In this document: positions 45,171-54,332 of the stretch, one piece after another
Numbering within the stretch: position 1 is the first letter of the stretch
Layout: the number at the start of each line of letters is the position of its first letter
Virus record (IMG/VR): IMGVR_UViG_3300049573_000247
Location: 77,155-141,154 of that record
Reading direction: 5' to 3' (one strand)
From: a virus
Taxonomy: Duplodnaviria; Caudoviricetes
Length of the DNA stretch: 64,000 nucleotides
Translations under genes and position numbers: made by a program
Notes under the pieces: generated by a model
The model's input: the letters and a program-made list of their open reading frames with translations, nothing else
What the model was told of the DNA's origin: nothing
Database searches by the model: none

Positions 45171-46994
45171 ATGGCACGGTGCGGATGCGCCTCAACGAAC
45201 GCGACGACCTGCGCGGCAATCGTCGCCTGCATCGCCTCGAACTTGGGTCCTGGCCTGGAGTTCAGCAACAACCTCATCGGTGTACACATCTCCGGGGATG
45301 CGGACAACGTCACGGAAATCGGCACCGATAACGGCTTGTTCACGCCGACCGGAAGCGTTGGCCCAGGTGAACAGACGTGGCTTCGGACGGTAGCGACACT
45401 GCCTGCACAAGCGATCAGCGCTACAGGGGCTGGTATCGGCGTCGGGCCGTCCACGTCGCCGCACCTCATTGAGTACTGCATCAACAACGAGATCGACATG
45501 TACTCCACGACCGTCCTCATGGGCGCCGACGGTGTTGCTCTGGAAACTGTGCAGGGCCCTGGAAGCTCGGTCACCGTCTTTACCGACAACCCGGGGCCGC
45601 TCGACTGGGGCGATGGGTCGGCACTGACTATGAGCACCATCAACTACGACGCAGGTACCAGGGTAAATCCGACCAGCAACAACTCCAACGCCCCGGCGCA
45701 GTTTTTGACTCCGGACGGCGGATGGGCCGGATTCTACCTCAACCAGTACACCGGTCGTTCGGTCGCCGAGACGTTGCGGATGGTGCGTGGCCGAATCATC
45801 ATCGATCTTCGCGTCTCCCGCAACGGTGTCACGGAAGACGAGATTGAGGCATCGATTCGGGCTTGTGTCCAGGCGGTAGTGGATGCGGGTGCGCAGGACT
45901 GGTGCATTGTCAACGTCCCCGGCTACCTCGATGATGACTCGCTTGCGCCCATCCTGGATTGGGTGCCGCTGGTGACCAGCCAAGGCATCACCGCAGCGGT
46001 GAATTTGATCGTAGAGTCGGAAGCACCGGTCATCCAGCCCGTTGCCGATATCGTTGCCTCGGGTGCAACATGGGTTGCTGCGGTCCGTGACGACCATATG
46101 CCGGACACCGTCAGCGATACTCGCATCACCGAGCTGGTCACGGCCGGTCTGCAAGTCATGGCCCGCACCACCTCCAGGCAATACTGGACCACCTATAACT
46201 TCACCACCCTCGGGGTTCGCGTCGTCGAAGGACCAGACCCGGTCTACGCACGGGGAGTGCGTGGCGTCGCCGGTGACCTTGACTACCGGCAGACGTTCAT
46301 CCCCGGTCTCGATACCCGCACGCCCATCAGTGGAGCGCTGACGAGGGTCACCGACATCGAACGGGGGGTGTGGAACGGCGGATTCCCGCGCCTGGACCTG
46401 CCGGGCCGGTGGTTCGAGAAACGGTACGGATGGGACGGCACCATCCTGGTCAACGAGGTGAACCAGATCCTGGGCACCATTTGCCCGATCCCCAACACCA
46501 CCGACTACGAGATTCGGCTGCGTGTACGACGCGAAGCGGACGCCACAATGACTTCCAACCAGGAAGTCAGCATCTTCTTCGCTATCCCCGACGACCGCGA
46601 CATCTCCACGCCCACGGGCGAGAGCAACGTCTTCAAGGATGGCTACTCGGCGCGGATCACATCGCAGAGCACCTCTTCGTCGTTTCGACAGATCTCAATA
46701 CGACGCTGGACCAACGGCGGTTTCACGACGTTGGTGAGCGAGAGCAACACGGTGGCGTTGCCGACGAACTCGTGGGCGGACCTGACCGTTCGCGTCCAGG
46801 GTTCCCAGCTGACGTTCATCGCGACAGTGGCGGGAACGACCCGGACGTTGACGATCGCCGACAGCACTTGGCGAGGTCCCTATGTCGCCTACTCGTGGCG
46901 CGACGAGTTCAACACCGGAAATGCCGCTTACCCGGGTTTTATTCACGGTTACACGAACCCGGTGGATTTGGTGATGTATGCACCGCTCTCTTAA
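45171..46994 (+). CDS. paralog of the preceding GDPD-like tail protein
   Basis: Colinear similarity: NLGPGL, ISG.A.N.T.IGTD, RITELV.AGL, RGVRG..GDLDYR, LG..CPIP. Confidence 0.7.
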   Translation: MARCGCASTNATTCAAIVACIASNLGPGLEFSNNLIGVHISGDADNVTEIGTDNGLFTPTGSVGPGEQTWLRTVATLPAQAISATGAGIGVGPSTSPHLIEYCINNEIDMYSTTVLMGADGVALETVQGPGSSVTVFTDNPGPLDWGDGSALTMSTINYDAGTRVNPTSNNSNAPAQFLTPDGGWAGFYLNQYTGRSVAETLRMVRGRIIIDLRVSRNGVTEDEIEASIRACVQAVVDAGAQDWCIVNVPGYLDDDSLAPILDWVPLVTSQGITAAVNLIVESEAPVIQPVADIVASGATWVAAVRDDHMPDTVSDTRITELVTAGLQVMARTTSRQYWTTYNFTTLGVRVVEGPDPVYARGVRGVAGDLDYRQTFIPGLDTRTPISGALTRVTDIERGVWNGGFPRLDLPGRWFEKRYGWDGTILVNEVNQILGTICPIPNTTDYEIRLRVRREADATMTSNQEVSIFFAIPDDRDISTPTGESNVFKDGYSARITSQSTSSSFRQISIRRWTNGGFTTLVSESNTVALPTNSWADLTVRVQGSQLTFIATVAGTTRTLTIADSTWRGPYVAYSWRDEFNTGNAAYPGFIHGYTNPVDLVMYAPLS

Positions 46995-47112
46995 AGCACC
47001 GGATGTCCTCGACCGCCGATGCGCGCGTTGCCGGAAGGATGTCGGGGATGCCAGCGAGTGGTGGTGCTCAGAAGAGTGCTTCAGCGAGTGGCAGCGCGAA
47101 CAATGCACCTAG
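46978..47112 (+). CDS. 44-aa zinc-finger microprotein
   Basis: Hand-read MHRSLKAPDVLDRRCARCRKDVGDASEWWCSEECFSEWQREQCT; CxxC...WCSxxC. Confidence 0.5.
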   Translation: MHRSLKAPDVLDRRCARCRKDVGDASEWWCSEECFSEWQREQCT

Positions 47113-47172
47113 GTGCAAGGGGGAGGGGCTCGGCACCTGCCGTCGGGAGTAGTCGGCCGCCCAGCCCCTCGG

Positions 47173-47439
47173 TCACGCGAGGTCGTTGTGGATGATGCCG
47201 TATCGGGTGATTCCGAACTTCGTGCCTTCGATGGTGATGTTCTCGCCGATGTCAGCTCCAACCGCGTCGTAAAACTCAGCGGTGTCGCATTCGGTCAGCT
47301 CACCCGTCACATTGTTGTAGATACCAACCGATGACACGGTGTAGTTGGAGGGGATGACGACACCGCCACCGAGAGCGGCAGCGAGAAAGTCCCTGATGAA
47401 GCTCGCGCGGATCAGGGCCGGGGTGGTAGTCGGCATCAT
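47173..47439 (-). CDS. hypothetical protein
   Basis: Leaderless-type CACAAT-N6-ATG. Confidence 0.6.
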   Translation of the reverse strand: MMPTTTPALIRASFIRDFLAAALGGGVVIPSNYTVSSVGIYNNVTGELTECDTAEFYDAVGADIGENITIEGTKFGITRYGIIHNDLA

Positions 47440-47506
47440 GGCCCTATTGTGACTGATGATCACAGTTGGCGCAATCCGCAATCGTGTCACATTTCCGCGT
47501 CGAGAA

Positions 47507-48046
47507 TCAACCCACCTGCGGGAGTCGATCGCGGCGCACGATCGCATGCCGGGGCCACTCGTCGTCCTGGTCGTGCCACGTCCACAGGATGCCCTGGTAG
47601 TCGTTGCCAGCGAACCAGTTCCGGACCAGCGCCCACAGGCTCGTGGTAGGCACATACTCGAAGTCGGCACGCTCGGCAGCGCGAACGAGCCCATGACGGA
47701 CGATAGTAGGGTGCTCCAGGCCATGAGGGTTCTTGGCGATCTTGGGGCCGATGAGTTCATAGTAGGCCGCGCGATCGGGCTCGAAACCCTCACCCATCGT
47801 GGCGAGATCATCAAGACTGCCCATCGCGGACCGCAGGGTCTTCGGCGCGTCATCGACCGGCTTCCAGACCTCCTTGGCCTCGGCGCTGGCAGGCCCGAAC
47901 TCCCATCCGCGTTGCGGGGAGAAGCGGAGTGTGCGGCCGAGGTAGAGGGGGCTGGGTGTGCCGTGTCGACCGACCCAGTCGACGGCAACGTCCAAGGTAT
48001 AGGTGCCCTCGGTGTCAGTGGCGAAAACGTCAGGCGCAGTAATCAT
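47507..48046 (-). CDS. RNA ligase-like (DUF5565-like) protein, degenerate
   Basis: YELIGPKI..NP......VRHG, QGIL; TATAGT-N6-ATG. Confidence 0.55.
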   Translation of the reverse strand: MITAPDVFATDTEGTYTLDVAVDWVGRHGTPSPLYLGRTLRFSPQRGWEFGPASAEAKEVWKPVDDAPKTLRSAMGSLDDLATMGEGFEPDRAAYYELIGPKIAKNPHGLEHPTIVRHGLVRAAERADFEYVPTTSLWALVRNWFAGNDYQGILWTWHDQDDEWPRHAIVRRDRLPQVG

Positions 48047-48099
48047 GCCCTCACTATATCGCTTTGTCGCGTTTTCGCCGTGACGGTGCGGCACCGAAC

Positions 48100-48546
48100 C
48101 TATTGGGGAGGCAGTCCCGCACCGTCTCTTTCACCGTATATCGGTTCGCCGAGGAGGTGGGCATCGTGTGCGGTGATCGCTTCCATCTGCTCGGCCATGG
48201 AGGCGCGTGCGCCTTCGGAGATCCATCCGACCGTAGAGCACAGGTCGAACCAGGTGGTCATGAGCAGGCTCGGCGGCGGCGGTAGCGTGGCCGGATTGGT
48301 GCCGCGCATGTCTCTGAAAATGAAGGCGTTCATGGCGATGTAACCGGTCTCCAGGTGCGTGATCGTGAGGCGGCTGAATCCTTCGCGTGCTCGCCAGTCA
48401 TAGGAGAACTCGTCGTTCTCGACATGGCTGCGGTGCAGGTGCGGGGGATAGTGGACGTGAATGTCGCTGAGGTACCACTTGAAGAACGCGATGGTCTTGG
48501 AGCGGATCTCGTCGGGAATCCGCAAGTGCTCGGCGGGATTGTCCAT
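48100..48546 (-). CDS. hypothetical protein
   Basis: TAGAAT-N6-ATG leaderless start. Confidence 0.65.
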   Translation of the reverse strand: MDNPAEHLRIPDEIRSKTIAFFKWYLSDIHVHYPPHLHRSHVENDEFSYDWRAREGFSRLTITHLETGYIAMNAFIFRDMRGTNPATLPPPPSLLMTTWFDLCSTVGWISEGARASMAEQMEAITAHDAHLLGEPIYGERDGAGLPPQ

Positions 48547-48584
48547 CCGCGCATTCTATTACCGGTTTGCGTATATTCGTCGGA

Positions 48585-48944
48585 TTACCCGCCGTTGATG
48601 GCCGATTCGCGGGCCGTGCGGATCTGGTCGCGCATGCTCGTGAGCCGCTCGATTTCGGTGTTGAGGTCGACCAGGAGGTCGTCGAGGACAGCAGCGCGGT
48701 AGGTCAGCAGCCACACGGCGACGTCGCCGATGACGTAGTAGCGGGTAGGACCGGGGCCGGTGATGACCTCTTTGACCGGCGCCGGGAAGTGGGGGTGACG
48801 TCGAGCCCAGACGTTGACGGTGCTGGTGTCGCGGTGCGCCATCTTGGCGATTTCGGGAACCGAGACGAGTTCGTCCTCGCGTCCCCGGTAAGTCTCGTCG
48901 AGCCAGCGCGTTTCGTAGCTCTTGGAGGGACTGGGGCGGCGCAT
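48585..48944 (-). CDS. HTH DNA-binding protein (AlpA/excisionase-like) with coiled-coil tail
   Basis: LVSVPEIAKMA...STVNVWARRHPHFPAP; AAGGAG RBS. Confidence 0.75.
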   Translation of the reverse strand: MRRPSPSKSYETRWLDETYRGREDELVSVPEIAKMAHRDTSTVNVWARRHPHFPAPVKEVITGPGPTRYYVIGDVAVWLLTYRAAVLDDLLVDLNTEIERLTSMRDQIRTARESAINGG

Positions 48945-48957
48945 GGTGCTCCTTCGG

Positions 48958-50028
48958 TCATTCGATGCGGTAGTGCCCGGCGACGTGTGTCTGCGGGACG
49001 TCTTTTCCGAGTGATCGTAGTATTTTTGCCGATGCGGTGCCGTCGTCTTTGTCGTACCCCGGTCGGTACTTGAGGTGGTGGACGGCACCGTTGGCGTCGT
49101 AGGTTCCTTCTTCGAGGCCGAGGTGGCTGATGACGTCCATGACGTGGGCTTTGCCTCGTTTGGGTTTGTCGATGTTCGCGCGTAGGCGTAGGAACTCCAT
49201 GAGGTCGTTCTCAGCGGTGCGCAGCTGTTTACCGAATTGTGCTCCGGCTTCGACCAGTTCGGTTGCCGCCTCGTCCCGGAGGGGGTCGGCGTTGTCTTTT
49301 CCCAGGCAGCCCGATTTGAATTCGCAGGAGATGCACGGGGAGTAGGGCGCGAACGCGTCGGAGGTGTGCTTGCCGAACCAGCGCGGGGCGACCTCGTCCC
49401 CGGCGAGGGACAGTCCGTGCTCGAAACGGGCGGTGGCCGCTTGGACTTCGGCGTCGGTCCAGGCGCGGGTGGTCATCTCCCAGTTTCGTTCGGGGTCTTC
49501 GATGTCGATGTAGTAGATCCAGTAGCCGCGCATGGGAGCGCCGGTTTGGTGCTCAGTGATCAGGCCTCCAACGCGGCACTGGTCGAGGTGGGAGCGTTTG
49601 GGCTCGCCGCCTTGGGCGGCTTTCACGAGGTACTTCGCACCGGTTTTGAGTTCGACGATGGCGAAGGAGCCATCGGTGAAGAAGACGACCAGGTCGGGAT
49701 GGGCGACCAATGGCCCGAGACTCGCTTCGGTGCTGTGGGCAGCGTCATCGATGAGGACTTCCTCGACCTGCGGGTCGGCCGCCCACTGCTCGGCGAGCAG
49801 TGGCAGGTAGTAGTCGTGGATGGCCGTGCCGATCTGGGCGCGGAGGTTCAGGCGTACGGCGACTTCGTCGGTCGCCGAGGTACGCCGGTACCGCAGCTGG
49901 ACTTGGCGGGGGCATTCGTGGAGCGCTGAGACGTGGATCTTGCCGTCGTTGAAGTGTTCGCGGTTGCGGCGCGAGGCGGTGCGCCACGCTTCCGTGGCGT
50001 GGCGCACCGCTTGTTCTCTGCTGATCAT
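48958..50028 (-). CDS. Cas4-like PD-(D/E)xK exonuclease
   Basis: S.L..CPR, GTAIH, PDL...ELKT, Q...G, CISCEFKSGC. Confidence 0.8.
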   Translation of the reverse strand: MISREQAVRHATEAWRTASRRNREHFNDGKIHVSALHECPRQVQLRYRRTSATDEVAVRLNLRAQIGTAIHDYYLPLLAEQWAADPQVEEVLIDDAAHSTEASLGPLVAHPDLVVFFTDGSFAIVELKTGAKYLVKAAQGGEPKRSHLDQCRVGGLITEHQTGAPMRGYWIYYIDIEDPERNWEMTTRAWTDAEVQAATARFEHGLSLAGDEVAPRWFGKHTSDAFAPYSPCISCEFKSGCLGKDNADPLRDEAATELVEAGAQFGKQLRTAENDLMEFLRLRANIDKPKRGKAHVMDVISHLGLEEGTYDANGAVHHLKYRPGYDKDDGTASAKILRSLGKDVPQTHVAGHYRIE

Positions 50029-51299
50029 GCAGGGTCCTTGTACAGTTGGTCGTTACCGGTGATGCCCTCCATGGCGTTGAGTTCTTCGGTGCGGTTGTGA
50101 AGGTGACCGGCTACGTCGTCGAGGCGTTCGCAGGCGGTGGCGTGGGCTTTGAACTTCTCCACTTCGTCGCGTTCAGCGTCGAGGATCTTGTCGGCCGCGT
50201 CCATCCACTCGGGGATCGGCGAGTTGATGGTGAGCGCCTCCCACGCATACTGCGTCTGCGGAGCAGCGGGAGCAGCCTGGGTGGGCGTGGTGGAGGAGCC
50301 GGTGGCGAGTTCGTTGATAGCGCCCTTCACGTTCTCCTTGACCTCTTCGGGCCACCAGGCGCCGTCGCGAACCCACTGCCACGCTTCACGCAGCACATGC
50401 CGGTCGGCGGTCTGCAGCTGCTTTAGGTAAGCGCTGGCTTCGGCGGCAACGGTGTTGTCGATGCCGTCGAGTTCGGCGAGCATGAGGTCGGCGATCTCAG
50501 GTCCCGGGTCGGCGAACACGGTGCCGGTGGGCATTGCGTACCTGAAGTCGACGGTGCCGTCGTCCTTGGGCCGCAGCTTGACCAGCGCGGTTTTTTCGAC
50601 GATGGCGCGGTGGACGTCGGTTGCGCCTTTGCGCAGGTTGGTGTCGTGCGCTGTGGTTTCCTGCTTGAGCGCGCGTTCCATGCGGAAGATGAAGTCGGCC
50701 TCGTGGGTGATGCCCTTGCGGGCGTCGAGCTTGACGCCGACCGGTTCTTGCTTGACGAACTCGTTGGCCTGCTCGAAGCACATGATGATGTGCGCGTGCA
50801 TTTTCAAGCGGTTGAGGTTGTTGTACAGGGCTTTCTCTTCGGCCTTGACCGGTCCCCAGCCTTTGAGGTTGGCCTGTCCTTTGGAGTTGGTACCTCCGTA
50901 TTCTTCGGCGCGGTCTTTGAAGCCGTGTGGGTCGTTCCAGAAGCGGCTTGCGCCGTCGACGATGACGACGATGGGGACCTGGGAGGCGGCGGCGGCGTCG
51001 GCCAGCTCGCCGATGACCTTGGTGAGCCGGTCGGGGTTGGCGGTGGGGAACACGATCGGGCGCCAGGTGAAGCCGGTGCCGTCGGGGCGCAGGGCGTGGT
51101 GTCGCATGCGCAGGCCGTCGGCTTCGAGGGCGACGATGTGGCCGCCGTGGGGTGCGGTGAGGCGGTGGGCGATGCGCAACGCGAGCTGGCCTTTGCCGGT
51201 GCCGCCTTCGCCGTAGATGAGAGCGAAGATGTTCTGGCGGGGGCACTGCTGGATCGGCAGTGCGGTCAAGTCCATGGGGACTTCGCGGTTGGTGGCCAC
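50025..51299 (-). CDS. AAA ATPase, Sak4-like recombinase
   Basis: IYGEGGTGKG Walker A, VVIVDG Walker B, between SSB and exonuclease. Confidence 0.75.
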   Translation of the reverse strand: MATNREVPMDLTALPIQQCPRQNIFALIYGEGGTGKGQLALRIAHRLTAPHGGHIVALEADGLRMRHHALRPDGTGFTWRPIVFPTANPDRLTKVIGELADAAAASQVPIVVIVDGASRFWNDPHGFKDRAEEYGGTNSKGQANLKGWGPVKAEEKALYNNLNRLKMHAHIIMCFEQANEFVKQEPVGVKLDARKGITHEADFIFRMERALKQETTAHDTNLRKGATDVHRAIVEKTALVKLRPKDDGTVDFRYAMPTGTVFADPGPEIADLMLAELDGIDNTVAAEASAYLKQLQTADRHVLREAWQWVRDGAWWPEEVKENVKGAINELATGSSTTPTQAAPAAPQTQYAWEALTINSPIPEWMDAADKILDAERDEVEKFKAHATACERLDDVAGHLHNRTEELNAMEGITGNDQLYKDPA

Positions 51300-51310
51300 G
51301 GGGGCTCCTT

Positions 51311-51571
51311 TCAGAAGGTGAGTGGTGCGACGGTGACGGTGGTGCCATCGGCGCAGTGACTGACGAGGGCGTGGCCGCCGATTAGGCGGGCGAGGGCGTT
51401 CTCGTCGTTCACGTCATCGGGGTGGGCCGGGCCGTGCTCGGCGAGCTTCCAGCGGGCTTCGCGGAGGGCTCGGTCGGGTTCGGCGTGGCGACCGTAGTGG
51501 GTGCGTTCGTTGGTCAGGACGATCACTTCGAAGGATCGCCAGCGGGTGGTGCGGTGGTGGTAGGCGTCCAT
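51311..51571 (-). CDS. hypothetical protein
   Basis: Starts 2 bp after the ssb stop. Confidence 0.6.
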   Translation of the reverse strand: MDAYHHRTTRWRSFEVIVLTNERTHYGRHAEPDRALREARWKLAEHGPAHPDDVNDENALARLIGGHALVSHCADGTTVTVAPLTF

Positions 51572-51573
51572 GG

Positions 51574-52023
51574 CTAGAAGGGGGCGCCGAAGTTGTCGCC
51601 CGCGCCGGGGACGGGGGGTGGTGCGGGGAGGTAGGTGGATCGGGTGTCGCCGTTGCCGGTGCGGGGGGTGTCGGTGATGGTCGCGGTGGCGTAGCGCAGG
51701 GTCGGTCCGGTTTCGTCGATGTCGACTTTCCAGCGGCGGATGGTCTGGCCGTCGCGTTCGTAGGAGTCGTCGACCAGTCGGCCTCGGACCCATACGTGCA
51801 TGCCTTTGGTGAAGGTGCGGGCGACGTTTTCGGCGTAGGAGCGCCAGGCGGCGCAGTCGAAGAAGAGGGTGGTGCCGTCCTCCCAGGTGTCGGTGTGCTG
51901 GTTTTTCAGTCGTGGGGTCACGGCGACGGAGAAGTTGACGACGGGTGTGCCGGAGGGGATGTGGGCCAGTTCTGGGTCGCGGACGACGCGTCCGACGAAT
52001 TCGACGATAGGTTCGCCAGCCAT
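51574..52023 (-). CDS. ssb: single-stranded DNA-binding protein
   Basis: GR...DPEL...SG..V.NF.VA.TPR, WR..AENV, C-terminal APF. Confidence 0.93.
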   Translation of the reverse strand: MAGEPIVEFVGRVVRDPELAHIPSGTPVVNFSVAVTPRLKNQHTDTWEDGTTLFFDCAAWRSYAENVARTFTKGMHVWVRGRLVDDSYERDGQTIRRWKVDIDETGPTLRYATATITDTPRTGNGDTRSTYLPAPPPVPGAGDNFGAPF

Positions 52024-52130
52024 GTGACTTCCTCAGGTAGTTTCGGACATGCGTGACGCGCATGTCCGATGAGACTACCTTTGGGAGCCGACATCGTTTT
52101 TGTCCGAGTTTTGCTCGGCGTGGTGTGCGG

Positions 52131-52424
52131 TTACGGCAGCAGCGCGGCGAAGAACAGCCTTCGGCACGCCGCCAGTGGTCCCTCCTCGACGGTGTCGACG
52201 GGCTGGCGCAGGTCGGCCGTGCGGAAGATGCTGGCGTTGGTGGGGATGAGGTACCCCTGCACGCGGGTGCCGATGGTGTGCAGCGGCGACGGCACCCCCG
52301 AGGCGTAAGCGTCCGATACGGCGATGTGCACGGCGATGACATAACCGGGCACCACCTCGCGAGAGATGACGGCAACGAAGGCCCCTGGCCGGTCAGCGCG
52401 CTCGGCAATGTCCCCGGGCCTCAT
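52131..52424 (-). CDS. PemK/MazF-like toxin, divergent
   Basis: MRPGDI...RP...AVIS pattern, 97 aa, ATGA overlap with the upstream RHH gene. Confidence 0.6.
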   Translation of the reverse strand: MRPGDIAERADRPGAFVAVISREVVPGYVIAVHIAVSDAYASGVPSPLHTIGTRVQGYLIPTNASIFRTADLRQPVDTVEEGPLAACRRLFFAALLP

Positions 52425-52633
52425 GCAGCGTCCTGTTCGCGCAGGAGCGCATCGGATCGCCACTGTGGGCCGTCACCTGTGGTTTCGCTGATGTCAGCCA
52501 GTCGCGCCGCTTCCACGCGGAGCTGAGCTAGATCATGCGTGAGGACGGCTTCGCTGATGTACTTGGAGGCGTTCCCTGAGGCCATGGCGATAGCCCACAC
52601 GTCATCATCAATACTGATCGTACGTCGCTTCAT
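52421..52633 (-). CDS. RHH/CcdA-like antitoxin
   Basis: MKRRTISIDDDVW....GNASKYISEAV; acidic tail; TACAAT-N6-ATG. Confidence 0.7.
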   Translation of the reverse strand: MKRRTISIDDDVWAIAMASGNASKYISEAVLTHDLAQLRVEAARLADISETTGDGPQWRSDALLREQDAA

Positions 52634-52642
52634 GCCATGATT

Positions 52643-52662
52643 GTACATCAAGTCTGATGTAC
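52643..52662. promoter_or_regulatory. TA operator GTACATCA-N4-TGATGTAC
   Basis: Perfect 8-bp inverted repeat overlapping the -10 element. Confidence 0.75.
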
Positions 52663-52690
52663 CATGCTGTGGGGGGTGATCCCGGGCAGC

Positions 52691-52726
52691 AAAAAGGGGG
52701 CTGGGGCGATCCATTCCCCAGCCCCC
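52691..52726 (-). terminator. intrinsic terminator
   Basis: GGGGGCTGGGG/CCCCAGCCCCC stem followed by T5 on the minus strand. Confidence 0.8.
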
Positions 52727-52736
52727 AACCCCAGAG

Positions 52737-53219
52737 TTAAGTTGTTGTGGCCTCGACGTTCGTCCAGACCGGCACCGGGTTGGCAATGATGCCGTCCTCC
52801 GGATTGAGTTCGTACCCCTTGTGCAGGTGGTAGTAGGCGGCGAAGCCTTTCGCGGCCACGTCTTCGACGTTCTCGAAGGAGGGGATGACGCCCTGGTCCC
52901 AGGCGAATGCGGGCATGGCCCACCGGTGGGAGAGGTAGCCTACCTCACGCCAGCTGCGGTTCAGACATTCCATGAAGGAGAAGGGCATGGGCCCGTCGGC
53001 GACGGCGACGTCGAGGAGGACGTCGGCAGACACGTTGGTCTCGGCTCCTGCGCTGATCCGGATGATCCGGTCCCCATGGGGGAAGTAGGCGATGATGCAT
53101 CCGGCGGCGAGAATCGTGTGCTCGCGCCGTTGGCGCCTGCGTCGCAGTTCGATGATGTCCTCGTCGAGGACGCCAGGGCCTTTACTGCGGTGTCGGCCTT
53201 GCGTAGGGTAGTGGGACAT
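52737..53219 (-). CDS. hypothetical protein
   Basis: TGATG overlap with the upstream gene. Confidence 0.65.
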   Translation of the reverse strand: MSHYPTQGRHRSKGPGVLDEDIIELRRRRQRREHTILAAGCIIAYFPHGDRIIRISAGAETNVSADVLLDVAVADGPMPFSFMECLNRSWREVGYLSHRWAMPAFAWDQGVIPSFENVEDVAAKGFAAYYHLHKGYELNPEDGIIANPVPVWTNVEATTT

Positions 53220-53641
53220 CAGAACCTGAGCCTTTCGCGTAGAGGTGGTTCTGGTGAGTCGCTGCCGGAGGTCACATCCGGCAGCGGCGTCAGATGTGAT
53301 TGTCGCTCATGGAGCAACGGTAACGACTCCAAGCGCACTGCCAAGTCAGGTAGATCACCTGACGCTAGCCAGCGGTTCATCTCCCCTTCGACTTCGCGCA
53401 CATCGAGGCCGGTGTGCATCCAGAAGTCGAAGTTGGCGATGTGGAACTTCGCGAGGAAGTGGCCCTCACCGAAGCTGATAGGGGCGTGCCTGCCGTCGCA
53501 TTCGCAGCAGTGCGGCCAGTGAAGACCGTAGATCCACATCGTCTGCAGGCCGCTGTGCGGCCGGACGGTGGTCATGGCCTCGAACTGGCCGCCGCCGATG
53601 CTGAATATACCGCCGGGTCCCCGGCGTGGTTCGTCGAACAT
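53219..53641 (-). CDS. hypothetical protein
   Basis: GGGAG RBS before ATG 53641. Confidence 0.55.
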   Translation of the reverse strand: MFDEPRRGPGGIFSIGGGQFEAMTTVRPHSGLQTMWIYGLHWPHCCECDGRHAPISFGEGHFLAKFHIANFDFWMHTGLDVREVEGEMNRWLASGDLPDLAVRLESLPLLHERQSHLTPLPDVTSGSDSPEPPLRERLRF

Positions 53642-53746
53642 GTCTGCTCCCACTCGGCGCCGTAGGCGTCTGGGCACCGACGGTCATCGTACGACAGTGG
53701 GCGGCAGACATGTACCTCGTTCACCATTGCGGGTGCACGCTATCGG

Positions 53747-54007
53747 TCAACCATAGTGGTAACGGGCCTGCACCACGATCAGCTCGTCGTCGGTGGCGGT
53801 GTACACCAGGCGGTGCTCGTCATCGATACGCCGAGACCAGAAACCGGTGAGATCGCGCTTCAACCGCTCGGGTTTGCCAATGCCTTCGAACGGTGTTCGC
53901 CGAGCCTGCTCGATCAGGCGCATGAGGCGCTGCAGCATCTTCTTGTCCGCCTGCGCCCAGTAGGAGAAGTCCTCCCAACCCTGGGCTTCGAACACGACCG
54001 CTCTCAC
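53747..54007 (-). CDS. yoeB: Txe/YoeB toxin
   Basis: WEDFSYW...RTPFEGIGKPERLK.DL.GFWSRRIDDEHRLVY...ARYHY. Confidence 0.95.
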   Translation of the reverse strand: MRAVVFEAQGWEDFSYWAQADKKMLQRLMRLIEQARRTPFEGIGKPERLKRDLTGFWSRRIDDEHRLVYTATDDELIVVQARYHYG

Positions 54008-54291
54008 GCAGCAGCCGATGCATCATCCAGGAGCGCGTGCATCTCCCCTGGCGATGGACGGTACAGGCGGTGCCTGTTGCGCACGTTCTCGACAGCATCG
54101 AGCAGACGGTCGGCATTGGCAGGAGACTGCAGCAGGTAGTCGGTCTCGGCCATCGCCTCGAAATCGTCGGCAGCGACGATGTATGCCCGGTCGCCGCCGC
54201 GAGTGATCACCTCGACCGGCACACGGTCGTCGTTGACCTGCTGAATGATCGGGAATAGACGCTTGCGGGCGTCGCTAGCAGTAATGGCCAT
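54004..54291 (-). CDS. yefM: Phd/YefM antitoxin
   Basis: ITASDARKRLFPIIQQVNDDR.PVE...ETDYLLQSPANADRL. Confidence 0.95.
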   Translation of the reverse strand: MAITASDARKRLFPIIQQVNDDRVPVEVITRGGDRAYIVAADDFEAMAETDYLLQSPANADRLLDAVENVRNRHRLYRPSPGEMHALLDDASAAA

Positions 54292-54312
54292 GGGGGAGGG
54301 CCTTTCATCAGA

Positions 54313-54331
54313 GGTACCGTATCACGGTACC
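54313..54331. promoter_or_regulatory. yefM operator GGTACCGT-ATC-ACGGTACC
   Basis: Perfect inverted repeat upstream of yefM. Confidence 0.8.
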
Positions 54332-54332
54332 A

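Noticed and set aside
48958-50028. Cas4 as part of a CRISPR system
   Set aside because: Sits with SSB and a Sak4-like ATPase, a normal phage recombination module; no cas1/cas2 or array.
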